This document shows, in pieces, positions 46,316 to 59,532 of a stretch of DNA of 64,000 nt. The notes under the pieces were generated by a model, which did no database searches, was not told the origin of the DNA, and was given only the letters and a program-made list of their open reading frames with translations. The first letter of the stretch is position 1, and each line of letters begins with the position of its first letter. This stretch comes from Narcine bancroftii (lineage: Eukaryota): assembly GCF_036971445.1 (NCBI RefSeq), contig NC_091480.1, positions 69,130,001 through 69,194,000 of the forward strand, written 5' to 3'. The position numbers and the translations under genes were made by a program.

Positions 46316-49300
46316 TGTGATCTCATTATACATTTGCTCTCTCTGTCCTCTCCAGCAGGATTCCAGCTCTGGATAGCCCTAGTAGCCCAAGTGGTCATTC
46401 TTGTCCCCTGCCTCCAAAATTGGATTTTGTTGAAATTAAATGCTTTGCTTCCAATAATATTCGTCTTCCTGTGCTGGTCTTTCCTGCCCTCTGTATTCAG
46501 TGGAATTCTACACTGCTGCTGTCCCTTCCACCAGCTGAAATATTCACTACCTCCACCACCAGTTCACTATCACCGCAGTTTGCCTCAAATTGCAGCAAAC
46601 TCAAACATAGAACATAAAACACTTCATCCCTCGATGTTGTGCTAACCCATATATTCCTACAAAAAAAACTAACCCCTCCCTACCCCGTAACTTTCTATTT
46701 TTCTTCCATCCATCTGCTTTTGTCTAAAAGTCTCCTAAGTGCCCCCTAATGTTTCAGCTTCCACCACTCCCCCTAAATTTATAAATAATTTAAATTTAGA
46801 AATATAGCACAGTAACAGGCCATTTCAGCCAATGAGCCCATGCACCTAACACTCTCTGTGACAAAACCTACCCCTGACGTCTCCCCTAAATTTCCCTCCC
46901 TTGACTTTGTACACACGTTCTCTGGTGTTTGCTGATCCTGCCCTGGGAAACAGGCGCTGACCTCTCAGAATCCTATAGACCTTTATCGTATCCTCTCATC
47001 CTTCTACGCTCCAAAGAGAAAAGTCCCATCACTGCTAACCTTGCCACATTGGACTTGTTTCCCATTCCAGGCAACATCCTGGCAAATCTCCTCTACATCC
47101 TCTCCACAGCTTCCACACTTGTCCTGTGATTAGGTGACCAGAACTGAACATCCTGGTGAATCTCCTCTGCACCTCTCCACACCCGTCCTGTACGTGACCA
47201 GAACTGAAAATAATACTCTAAGTGTGATCTCACCAGAGATTTGTAGAGTTGCAACATGACCTCTCGACTCCTGAATTCAATCCCCCTATTAATGAAGCCT
47301 TACTTGACACCAGCTCTCAAAAGCTGCAACTTCTGCAGGCAATGACAAAGGCAGGAGGTGCAGGGGAGCAGCGCCACCTGCAGGTTCCCCTCCAAATTAC
47401 ATAACTCTCCTGGCTGAGAAATCGATTTCTTTTCCTTCATTGTTGCTGGGTCCAAATCCTGAAATTCCTTCCCCTACAGGACTGTGGGGAAAATCCTCGC
47501 CCATGGACCCCTGTTGTTCGTGTGTGTGATCCCAATCTGATGGAGTTTGGAAATCCCCCCTCACGTTTTCAGCTCTGTTCAGGCAGTAATTTTCCTCTGT
47601 AAAAATTTAATTTTTAATTTTTTTAACTATTTAGACATATAGCACGATAACAGGCCATTTTGGCCGGCAAGCCCAAGCCACCCAATTAACCTACAACCCC
47701 TGGCATTTTTCAAATAGGGGGCGGAAATCAGAGCCCCCGGGGAAAACCCACACAGACACAGGGAGAACACACAAACTCCTTACAGACAGCATGGGATTCA
47801 AACCCTAGTCCCAACCGCTGGTGCTGTAAAGGTGTTGTGCTAACTGCTTATCCAACTGTGCCACCCTTTTCAGGGCCCAAAACGTCAGCAATATATATTT
47901 GTCTCCTTTGGACGCTGCGAGACTGGCTGAGTTCCTCCAGCATTTCCGTGTTTTTAACTACAATCACGTCTGCAAACTTTTGTGTTTCACTCATATTTCC
48001 TCCATCTCCAGTTGTCATTGCACCTTGGTTCCCATATCCGCATGGTGAACACAGCCATGGCGCTCTTGTGGTGCATAGTCCAATATTCATTGTCCAAGAT
48101 GAAAATGCAAACTAGCTCTGCAGACTCCACTTTGTCTCAACGTCAGTCAATCCGCCATTAGCCCTTCATTCACTCAGCGCTGTGAGCGGTATCTCATCTC
48201 CCTTGCCCACACCATGTCCTTTTCCCTTTTACTCTGGGACCATATTTGGCTGAGGATCTTTCTTGGACTATTAATACCACTGTTATAGTCAAGAATGGAA
48301 TGGGGCAGCAATACAAGGACACTAATAACTTCTGTTTTCTTGTTTTTACTACTTCATATGCTCTTGTATGTTGTACTGTGAGCACCGCAGTTGCAATTTT
48401 AAAATTTCAGCTGCATTTTCTTACACAACAATAAAGTACTTACTTTCTCACTCTTCTATGAAGCTGGAGCACCTGGGGAAAAACCTGCAAACCCCACACT
48501 GACAATCCCAAGGTTGGGATTGAACCCAGGATCAACTGGAGCAGTGAGTCAGTTGTTCTACGAGCAGAGTCATTGTGCTGCACTGTCCAAACTCAGTCGG
48601 ATCATTGTCCCTCCTGCTGTCAGCCTCAAACAAGTCATTTATCGTTCCCTTGGACCAGCCCCACTTCAGCCTGTGCCCATCTCATGAGGACACTCCTCGG
48701 CAACCTTTTACTTATTACTCCAGGTGGAGTTAACATGGCCCAGTGGAAAGAACAATATGTTTTACATCAGACACAGGATGCACCTGGTCAAAATGGCAGC
48801 ATCCAAAATTGTTCAATAGTTCAGCTGCCAATATTTCCACAGAACAGAATGCATTTGGAAATCTGCAGAAATTTGTGAAGAAGCAAGTTAGATTTGAGGT
48901 CAGGATTGAGGGCAACTGCTGCTTTAATTATTACCTTTCCGATAGGCAATGCTCTGTTTAACATGGAACTGGAGTTTACTACATCATAATTGGAAAAAAA
49001 AGTATTGAGGGACCTCAGACATGTGGAGAGCAGACAGGAGTCAAATTTCTCAGCTATTGAGAAGTCAATGTATACATTAGCAGAGGGGTTCAAACTTTAA
49101 AAGGTTTAAAGGAGCAAATAAGGATAAATCATTCCTGCTGGCAGGTGGTTCAGTAACCACAGATTTAACCCTGTAGACTCCAGCCATTTTTAACCTTTCA
49201 GAATATATACTCTGGACTGGGTCCATGGGTAAACACTAGTCCAAACCAGCTGGTGGTTGGGTAGAAAACCAATCCCAGAAAACAGGGATTGCTTAAGGTG

Positions 49301-50060
49301 GGATGATGGAAAGAAAAAGTTTGAAAACCAGTTTCCATCGTCCCTCATTGACTCGTTATGTGCAGTTTCAGAACTCCAAAGGAAATGGGCCAATGACAAT
49401 TTTTCTCAAGCAAAAGATTTCAGTAACAATTGGGTCTGGAGCTGTGATTCTCAACCTTGCCTTCCCACTCACACCTTAAGCAATCCCTTACTAATCACAG
49501 AGCACTTATGGCACAGGGATTACTTAAAGGGGTATGTGAGTGAAAAGAAAAAGGTTGAGAAGCACTGGTTTAGAAAAAGGGATAAACACAGTCTCAGGAT
49601 AAGGAGTCAGCCATTTCAGAATGAGGAGAACTCTTCACAATGAGCTGCAAACCTTTGGCACTTACAATCCAAAAGGGCCAGGGCTACACAACCAAGTAGA
49701 CGCAACGGTGGTTGACCATGCTGAAGATGGAGATTATGCCCATCTGCACACATGAGACAGCATCAACCATAATTTCACTGAAAGGAGTAGGGCCAGCACC
49801 ACCACCATGGGGAAAGTGGCTTTGTTCGGTATTGCATCATTTAGTGGGACTGTTACTTTTCACCAGCAAGGGTGCTACTCCACTCCCTTTCTTCCCCTTC
49901 ACCATTTGCTCCCTTTTGTTCTGAAAGCATGGATTCCTGCTGCCAGTCTCTCTTGGCCTTTCCCTGATCTTTGCACTCTGACCCATTAACTATCATTAGA
50001 TCAAGCACAGTCATGCCCCCAGATAAGGAACACGAAATAGAGACCAACTTGTTAAATGAT

Positions 50061-50066
50061 TTTATT
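50061..50066 (-). terminator. Probable polyadenylation signal of the IGFBP gene
   Basis: AATAAA on the minus strand ending an apparently repeat-free, increasingly AT-rich region of about 1.4 kb after the stop. Confidence 0.55.
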
Positions 50067-51485
50067 AAATAAAACAAGAGCAATCCCCAACTTTCAAAGC
50101 AACACCAAATTTATCACAAAGAAGCATTTATTGATATTAGAAACATTACAATATACTATTTCATTACTTCTGTTCATGGACTTTAAATATTTAGGTGCAT
50201 CACATTCCCAGTAAAAAAAATACATCGTGTTTATCAAGTTCTGTAAAGTGATATAAAATTGCATGGATTTTGTGTTCACACTAAACTAGACGCAGAGAAA
50301 CACATCAAGAACAGTGCATTCAGAAGAATGATCCTGAACCTGTTAACAGGGAGATTTTAAACAGAATATTAAATTAAACAATTTCAAAATATTAAACTTG
50401 AAGAGCAGGAGTAACCTTATTTGTTTAAAAAGCATTGCTGCACCAGTGGAGATGGTAAAGCAAGAAAAACAACCAATGCATGTTCAACGATCGTAATTTC
50501 CAAATGCAGTCTGTGCTAATTCTTCTGGATACCAATTATGTAAAAAAGCAATAAAAGTAAATCGAGGCTAAAACAGGTTTGTTTGCCAAAAGGCTTTCTT
50601 TTGCTTCACCCAAACCTTTTGCGAAATGACATGAACAAAAAGGTTCATGCTCTCCAATCTCAAAAGTTACATTGAAACCACATGCTGGTAGATGGGGATA
50701 CCTGCCCAGATTCCTCAGTGCTTTGTTCAATTTGTTTAGGTCCCTGGATTACTGATTCAGGAATGTGACTGCTACACCAAAGCTCTTTTCTCCTCTCCTG
50801 AAGGCATTCGTTCATCCATACTGGGATACGGTGCTACCTCACATGACTCACTGCAGAGCGAGTCAACAAACACAGATGAACTGAACCACCACAAATGTGT
50901 ATGGTACTTTCTCCAGCAGGGGCCAATGGATGGGAACGAACACACCACTGACCAGAGAGCAAGCCTGAGATCTGTCTGATCCCTGTGGCTCAGTGCCAAA
51001 TCAGCTGGCGCCTTTGCTTACCATTTTACCAAGAGAAGCTCTCCACTGCTTTCTGGATGGACTGCTTCAGCTTGGGAAATGGCAATTTCAAATTTAAACT
51101 TTTGTTTTCTACCAGAAAAATCTTCAAGAGGACCTCCTGTAGCACCAGCTCAAGGCTGGTACTGGGAGAAAGAAATGATCAAGCTATGGAGCACAGAAGC
51201 CATGCTGGTGGATAATGACAGGGACTGGACACTGAAGAAGTCTGGTTAAAGAATTTGGTCCCATGTTTGGAACAACTCAGAATTAGAATCAAGGTCATAT
51301 TTCAGAAGACTTTCAGAGCAATTGTTGCACATTTTCTAATCTTTAAACTAAACTACTTCCATCAGTTGCAACTCCAAAAGAGCCTGCAAACACTTTCTAG
51401 AGTTGACCTACAGATTGATTGGAGACATCCGGTTTCTAATTTAATCTTCTCTTCAGAAACTTCAGGCAGGATTGCCCTGCACAAA

Positions 51486-51623
51486 CTAATATCCAACCTC
51501 TTCAGAAGATGCGGCTTGGGAACAGGACACAGAGCTTTTCCTGCTCAGTAGCCCAGCAAGCGAGTGACCATATTTATCCACACACCAGCAGTGACCACGT
51601 TTTCTGCCCTTCGATGGTTTACA
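51486..51623 (-). CDS. IGFBP6: IGFBP exon 4 (CKPSKGRKRGHCWCVDKYGHSLAGLLSRKSSVSCSQAASSEEVGY*)
   Basis: TTTTGCAG acceptor, phase 0; CWCV thyroglobulin type-1 motif; TAG stop. Confidence 0.9.
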   Translation of the reverse strand, partial: CKPSKGRKRGHCWCVDKYGHSLAGLLSRKSSVSCSQAASSEEVGY

Positions 51624-53085
51624 CTGCAAAAGATCAAACATCGTTAAAGGAAAAATGCACACATCTATACCATCTTTCATTCTCCAAATAGCCCATAATT
51701 TTAGTCGGAAGTACTTTTGAAATGTAGTCACTGCCTGCAACAAACTGGTGCACAGCCAATTCCCCAAAACAGTAACTTTATACAGAATTTTCATTTAATG
51801 TTGGATACATTTTTGACAGGACACTGGATAACTTTTTTTCTTCCAACTAATCCATTGGGAGCTTTTATTGTCATCCAGACATAAACATACCTTCTGAAAG
51901 AAGACCAGCTGGTCAAATTAATCAAATGGCTTTTATAAATCAGCTAGTGTCTTAAACAAAGAGAGAAATTATGTTTGTACAACTGTTGCAGTCCCAAGCC
52001 ATTGGGCACCAGGATCCCATCTAGTTTCTTCTTCCCCATTTCAGAAAGGAGAATTGTGGCCCTGTGATTACCACAGGCATTCCATCCCACCTGCCATCCC
52101 TGGCTGTTGCATTAACAACAGTAAAACACAGCTTTTTTTGGGAAAAAAAGGTCACCAGCAACTTTAAAATATTAGTCAGTAGCAAGTACAGATTTCTGCA
52201 TTTGTCAGGATCCCACCTCATTCTTCATCTAGCACAGAGCAATGCACCCCACAGTCTTTAGTCAGGTTAACTAATTATCCCCAAGGACAGAGGAGCGATT
52301 ACAAGTGGTCTCAGTGGGAAGGGGGAATTAAACAATATCAAGATTTCACATCAAAGATGGCATGGTTAGTGTAGTGGTTAATGCAACACGGTTACAGTGC
52401 CAGCAACTGGGACTTGAATCCCGTGCTGTCCGTAAGGAGTTTATACGTGTGTTTCCTCTGGGTGCTCCAGTTGCTTCCCACCCTCCAAAACGTACAGGGT
52501 TGTAGGTTAATTTGGGTGTTTAAGTGGCTGGAATCAGCTTCTACTGTGCTTTAAATTTAAAATGTCAGACTGTTTAAAAAAAAAAGTTGATGTCAATTTC
52601 TTCTCTTCTTTCACTCCATTTTTCTTTGGATGTGACTGTTGGGAGCAGACATTCTTAACCTTTCTCTTTCCACTCACATCCCTCTTTAAGTAATCCCTAT
52701 GCCATCGGTGCTCTGTGATTAGTAAGGGATTCCTTAAGGTAGGATGTGGGTGGGAAGAAAGTTAGAAAACCACCATTTTAATTGTCCCTCATTGACTCGT
52801 TATGTGCACAGTTTCAGAACTCCAAAGGAAATGGGCCAATGACCATTTTTCTCAACCAAAAGATTTCAGTAACAATTGGGTCTAACAGTGATTCTCAACC
52901 TTCCTTTCCCACTCATATCCCACCTTAGGCAATTCCTTACTAATCACAGAGCACTGATGGTGTAAGGATTACTTAAAGTAGGAAGTGAGTGGAAAGAAAA
53001 AGGTTGAGAACCACTGGTTTGGTGGGAACAGCATTTTGTAATCACAAATAATAGAATTACTACTGTGGCTGGGTTTGATGTTTAC

Positions 53086-53205
53086 CTGTTTGCTCCGGTA
53101 GTAACCATTCTTATCACAGTTTGGGATGTAGATGTCTTCTGGACTGCGGAAAAATTCTGGCTTCAGATCCTGCAGGATCAATTCCAATTCCCTCCGACAT
53201 GGGCC
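53086..53205 (-). CDS. IGFBP6: IGFBP exon 3 (GPCRRELELILQDLKPEFFRSPEDIYIPNCDKNGYYRSKQ)
   Basis: 120 nt, CAG/GTAAA, phase 0 to 0; GPCRR and PNCD motifs of the IGFBP3/5/6 group. Confidence 0.92.
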
Positions 53206-53842
53206 CTGAGTAGAGATCAATGATTGGACAATGTTCAAAGTTGGTTAAACAATTAAGTCTGCCACTGCTGCAGTTGAGTGCAGTCCATAAACATGCTGGA
53301 GAAACTAGGCAGTCGATGTTTTGGGCCTATGAATGCTGCGTAACCTCCCGAGTTTCTCCTGCACATTTGTGTATTGGACAACATTGAAAAATCAGGGGAG
53401 TGAAAGGGCGAGTGAAAGATCAATCCAAAGCTTTTTGCATCAAATCCTAACTCTCTTCATACACACCCTCCCATACTCCAACTCTCACTCAACTCCAGCT
53501 ATCTGGAGCTCACAGCAATCAGACTGAAGCCCAGAGCTGGACCCAACATCACACATGATTACATAATCATACGTCAATCAGGTGACTACAATAGGATAAA
53601 CTATTTTAAATATTCAGAGGAATTTTTATTTTTTTTAATTTAGACATACAGCACAGTAACAGGCCAATTTGGCCCTACAAGCCTGTGCTGTCCAATTACA
53701 CCCCACTAACCTACACCCCCTAGTAGGTTTTTGAACGATGGGAGGAAACCTGAGACCCTGGGAAAACCCACGCAGACATGGGGAGAACGTACAAACTCCT
53801 GACAGACAGTGCAAGATTCGAACCCCAGTCCCAATCACTGGT

Positions 53843-55140
53843 CCCAGTGACTTCGGTGGTGGGGAAGGTTATGGAGGGTATTCTTCGAGATAGTATACAT
53901 GCATATCTGGATAGGCAGGGATTGATTAGGGGCACCTACCATGGGTTTGTAAAAGGAAAGTAATGTTTGACGGACCTTGTTGAGTTTTTTGAGGAAGTGA
54001 CAAAAAAGGTGGATGATCTATTTGGATTTTAGTAAGGCTTTTGGTAAGGTTCCGCATGGAAGGTTAATAAGGAAGGTTCAGTCACTAGGAATTAGTAGAG
54101 AGATTGTGACATGGGTTCAGAGGTGGCTGGGAAATAGACAGCAGAGTCATGGTGGACAACTGTCTGTCAGGTTGGAACCCCTGTGACAAGTGGGGTGCCT
54201 CAGAGATCAGTGCTGAGTCCCTTGTTGTTTATCATTTATATTAATGATTTAGAGGAAGGTGTGGTTTACTGGGTAAGCAAATATGCGGATGATACGAAAA
54301 TAGGGGGAGTGGTGGATAGTGAGGTAGATTTTCTTGGATTTGGTTTGTTTGGATGAGTGGGCTGAAAGATGGCAAATGGAATTCAATGTAGACAAGTGTG
54401 AGGTGTTGCATTTCGGTAAAAATAACCAGAATAGGACATATACAGTTAAGGGGAGAGCATTGAGGCACGCAGAGGAGCAAAGGGACCTGGCGGTTATGGT
54501 ACAGAGTTCACTGAAGGTGGATTCCCATGTAGACAGGGTGGTTAAAAAGGCATATGATATGCTGGCCTTCATAAATCATTGTATTGAGTATAGGAGCTGG
54601 GAGGTGATGATGCAGCTGTTTAAGACATTGGTGAGGCCAGGTTTGGAGTACTGTGCTCAGTTCTGGTCTCCAAATTATAGAAAGGATATAGGTAAGGTGG
54701 AGAGGGTGCAGAGAAGGTTTACAAGGATATTGCCTGGCTTACAGCATCTGGATTACAGGGAGAAATTAAGGAGACTGGGACTTTATTCATTGGAACGTAG
54801 ACAACTGAGAGGGGATTTGATAGAGGTATTTAAAATTATGAAAGGAATAGATAGACGAGACATAAACAGACTCTTTCCCCTGAGGGCAGGGGAGGTTGGA
54901 ACAAGAGGGCATGAGTTAAGGGTAAGGGGGCAACACTTTAGGAGAACTATTAGAGGATGCTTTTTCACTCAGCGAGTGGTGGCAGAATGGAATGAACTTC
55001 CGAATGAGATAGTTGAGTCAGGGTCCCTTCTGTCACTTAACAGAAGGTTGGATATGTACATGGATGTGAGATGGTTGGAGGGTTATTGGCGGTGAGCGGG
55101 AGGCTTGAGCTAGTGGAGTTGTTCTAGTGAACCAGTGCGG
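53843..55140 (+). mobile_element. CR1 LINE fragment with a 253-codon open C-terminal stretch
   Basis: [61 protein letters not shown]. Confidence 0.92.
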
Positions 55141-58100
55141 ACCGTTCCTACTCCGTAAATGATTATATAACTGTTACACTATGTGGAGGAAAGTGGTACC
55201 ATTTTTTTTTTATAAAACAAAAAGTATTAAATTCATGAAAAGTGCTTCTCAATTGGCCTTAAAAACATCTGTTCTAATGAAGATCTTAAATGCTATCATA
55301 AAGCAATACATCTTCATTCAGAAGTCTGTCAGAAACGAGCACAAATCCAATACTTTTCTAGAATCTGCCATGGATCTTCCATTCCCTCAATGCCATCCAT
55401 ATGATGCTTCATATGCAGGTCTAGTATTGCTTGTCACTACAGGTGCCAGGGTGTCCCTTTTGGGAAAGCACCTGTCCCAAAAAGAGCCATTTTTGGCCTT
55501 CAGTGGCATTAGCCCTCGACTCCACCTCTTAAATCTCACTCACAGAGAACAGGAACATCAGGGTTGATCATGAGCAACTGCAAGCAGATTGGAGTCAAGA
55601 GTTGCTGTGGAGACAATTCTTTTAAAGTAATTCAAGTTCACAGAATTTGTTGACCACTTATCTTTAAGTGCTTCTGAACCTGATCAAATACCAACTACCA
55701 CAGTATTCAAGATTAATGATATTTGCTTGTTGGAAATTGCTTTAGAGTGTAAAGAGGCCCTTTGGCCCAACTTGCCCACATCAATCAAAAATGTCCCACC
55801 TGTCTGCATTTGCCCCATATCCCTCCAAGCCCTTCCTATCCACATGTCCAGTGAAAGGTTTCTTAAACCCCACAATGGCACCTGCCTCAACCATCTTCTC
55901 CAGCAGCCCATTCCACTCAACCACCGCACAAAAAGTCACCCCTCAGGTTCCTATTAAAATCACTCCCCTCCTCCCCTTAAACCCATGCCCTCTGGTCCCC
56001 TACCCTGGTGAAAAGATTCTGTGTTCACCCAATCTATTCCCATCATGATTTTGCACACTTTTTTTAATACAACCTTGCAGCATGTTGAACAGCTTCCTAG
56101 AACCCTTCATAGAAACATTATTAAGCACAATTTCATACCATAGTGGAAAATATGATGACAGATAACCAAAAACTTGGTCATTGAGGGAAGTTTTTAATAA
56201 AGGATAAATGTGGTGAAGAAGCTGAGATTCTGGGGCTTAGGGTCTCAGTAGCTCAAGACATTGTTTTAACAAATTAGACTGTGGAAGAAGCAAGAGACCA
56301 GAGTTGGAGAAATATAGAGATCTCCAAATTGTCATGCTGGCAGGGATTACATTCAAGACAGACAAGATGGAATTTTCTCCCCAAAGATAACGAGTCTTTT
56401 CTCCTCCTCAAAGGGTACAGAAAGTACAACTCAGGGTTAGATTATTTAAGAAGATTTTTCTGGGGCTTGGCAGGTTTGCAGAACTGACATCACAATCAGA
56501 TTTGCCAATTATTTATTTGTATGGGGGTGCTGGCTTGTGGGGCTGAGTGGCCCATTTCATCCTCCTAATTCATATGTAAACAGAGACTGATAAGGCCACA
56601 TTTGCAAACGAAGATGAGAATTTTTAAATAGATGCATTGCTTCACTCAGCTAATTAAGCCAATGAGCACGAGTGATATCTGAATGGGATTTGGTGTGCAT
56701 TCAGAAATAGGCAGCGGAGCTTGGATGACCTCACGTCTGTGGAGAGTGGAACGAGAGGTCAAACAGCAGTGAGTTGGAGTCAAGAATAGAGACAAGAAAA
56801 AAATGTAGATCAGAGCAATTGCAGCAGTGAGCCAAAGCAGAGCAAAGTTGGGCAAGATCACAGAAGGCACAAATTAAAATTGTTTCACGATAACATGGAA
56901 GTGTGCTCATTTCTCTCTCACCACACTTCCTGCATCTGTTACTTCCTCCTGCCTGCAGAAGCCTAACTAAAGCCGTCAGCCATGACACCATGATTCCCAA
57001 AAAGCCACTCGTCTATTGTGCACATCCCAGATCTGAGAATGAGGCATAAGCAAGACAGTCAGAACCAGGAAGGAAGGAGGGAACAGTTCTATTTTGCTCA
57101 CTGAACAGGTAACACTGAAATTCAATCCTCAAGGTTGCATGATCCCAGATGTTAATAATTATTTCAGCTGAAGGAACTATTTTAACCAATTGGTTGCAAG
57201 CTGGTGTCGACTCGCTCACTTCCAAATAGTGAGCTAAACTCAGATCAGCTTTTGCAGACCAGAGCTTACATTTAAAACTCAATCAGCAAAAAAAAAGTTC
57301 TTGTAATTGCAAAACATTCATACAATGGGTCATTTATTTTTTCATAGAAACTTTGTATTTATTCCATATTCTACTCTCCATAAAGCAGAAATAATACAAA
57401 AATCTGGACCATCACTGAAACAATATACCAATTTAAATAACATTGAATTTCTAAAATTCTCACCATCAATTTCAAATCCCTCGGCACTCTTTCCACCCTC
57501 CAAGATAGCTAGGTTTCTCTAATTTTGATCACCCATTTTATTGTTCCAACATTACCATTCAAGTTTTCAACTGCCAAAGATCTGGAGCTCTCGACATCCC
57601 TCTCTCCACCTCCCCCAACTCTTTTCTCTTTTCAGGGGCTCCTTAACATCCATCTTTCATTAATCCCAATTCCTAAAGACACACACGGTACCTTCTTTGA
57701 AAATATCCAGTTGTGTTTCTGTGAAGCAACTTGGCCCATTTTCATATGTTGAAGGGAAGTACACAGAAATAGATTGCTGTTAAGTGCTTTGCAAGATCCT
57801 AGTATCAGGAATGATGTCACACATGCAAAGGAAGAAATTTCATTCGGAGACTGTGGTGTTTGGACAGGATACACAGCCAAAGCTGTGTATTTACGCATCT
57901 CGAGTACTGCTAGTTTTATGCAGTCAAACATTAAGAATGGATGTACAATTACCAGGACATGCCTATTAGCTGCACTGTGCGGTCTTCGATGATTTAAATC
58001 TGCGAGCCAAGTTGGTTCAATTTATAGAAAATACAGATTAAAATACTTCAGATGCTGGAAATCAGAAATAAAAACATTTTGTAGGTGAATTTACTTGTAT

Positions 58101-58509
58101 TTCTTTCAATTTTGTAAACTCTCCACAACATGGTCTCTGCTATATTGAGGAAAGCCCAAACGCAAGCTTGGCAGATGCTTTATGGAGAAACAGGAACTGC
58201 ATCTTGAGCAAACGAGAAGCTGGAGGGACTCCGTGATTCAGGCGCCATCCTTGGAACACACTTTATGGAACAAGTCTCTAAGCCAGACCAATTTTTCAAA
58301 TAATAATCCATCCCACTGTGTCCTCTGCCCCCCCGAAAGCAGCATTCTCTTTCAATTTGATATTTCAGGTCCTTCCAGGTAGCATGGAGTTCAACAACTT
58401 GGTTCTGCTATTCCCATGTAAATCCTCTTCACAACAACTTGTTTCCTTACTGGTCAATAATCACCAAACCCATCTGCTTTGCACTATTATCCCTTTCAAA
58501 TTTCACCTG

Positions 58510-59170
58510 CCTACAAGGCTACAGAGAGTTGTGAACTCAGCCAGCACCATCATGGGCATCAGCTTTCTCTCCATCTACAAGATGTAATATCTCAAGAAAG
58601 CAGCCTCTATTGTTAAGAACACCCCCCCCCGCCCCCCCCCAGCCACTATACTTTGTGAGGCGTTTGAGGAGATTCTGTACATCACCGAAGACTCTTGTCA
58701 ACTTCTATGGGTGTACCATGAAGAGCATTCCGACTGGTTGCATTGCTGCCTGGTACAGAGGCGCCAACTCTCAGGACAAGAATAAACTCCAGAGGGTTGT
58801 TAACTTGGCCTGCGACATCACAGGCACCAGACCTCACTCTATCGAGGACATCCACATGAGGTGGTGTCTTAAAAAAGAGCAGCCTCTATCCTCAAGGACC
58901 GCCCAGGCCGTGCCCTCTTCACTCTGCTACCATCGTGGAAAAGGTACAGGAGCCTGAAGATGAGTACCGAGTGGCACAAGGACAGCTCCTTCCCCTCCGC
59001 CATCAGATTCCTGAGTGATCAGTGAACCAGGCACTGCCTCACTCTGTCTTCTTTGGCACTAATTTATTGATTTTGTATTTTAAAAATGTAATTTATAGCA
59101 ATTTTACACCTGTGATACTACTACAAAACAAATGAATTTTGTGCACACGTTCACGACAATAAATTCCGAT
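58510..59170 (+). mobile_element. Rex1-type LINE 3' fragments
   Basis: LYFVRRLRRF...GCIAAWY...KLQRVVNLACDITG, followed by a 3' UTR ending CAATAAATTC.GATTCTG like the 3115 copy. Confidence 0.8.
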
Positions 59171-59335
59171 TCTGCCTCGTTCCCCCACCCCAACACACAA
59201 AGGCACCTTCCCCTATTTGATGTATCTGGTATTTTGTTTCTATTTATACTCCAAATTCTGAGTCGGGATCCACGTTTCAGTGTAACAATCCCTGAAATGT
59301 GTACTGAATTTGTTTTTCTCAAATGTGGCACTTAC

Positions 59336-59532
59336 GTATTCAGAATCTGGCAGAAGCGTGGTGACTGGTGTAGGTTTGGAAGGGGCTGTCACAGTTCCCG
59401 TTGTCGAATAGTGATTTCCTTGATGAGGTTTCGGTTTCAAGTGATGGGTAGGATTTTCAAGCAACTTTGCATGGATTTTGCCATCTTGTCTCTTTCCCAT
59501 GGAATATTTTTCATCAGTGTCCAGGTACTTTC
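59336..59532 (-). CDS. IGFBP6: IGFBP exon 2 (linker; KYLDTDEKYSMGKR...STTGTVTAPSKPTPVTTLLPDSEY)
   Basis: 197 nt, TTACAG/GTAAGT, phase 1 to 0; ends EY|GPCRR as in IGFBP3-type junctions. Confidence 0.85.

Noticed and set aside
54334-55095. 253-aa ORF as a host gene or active LINE
   Set aside because: It is the CR1 ORF2 C-terminus; the upstream RT region has stops and frameshifts and the element is 5'-truncated.
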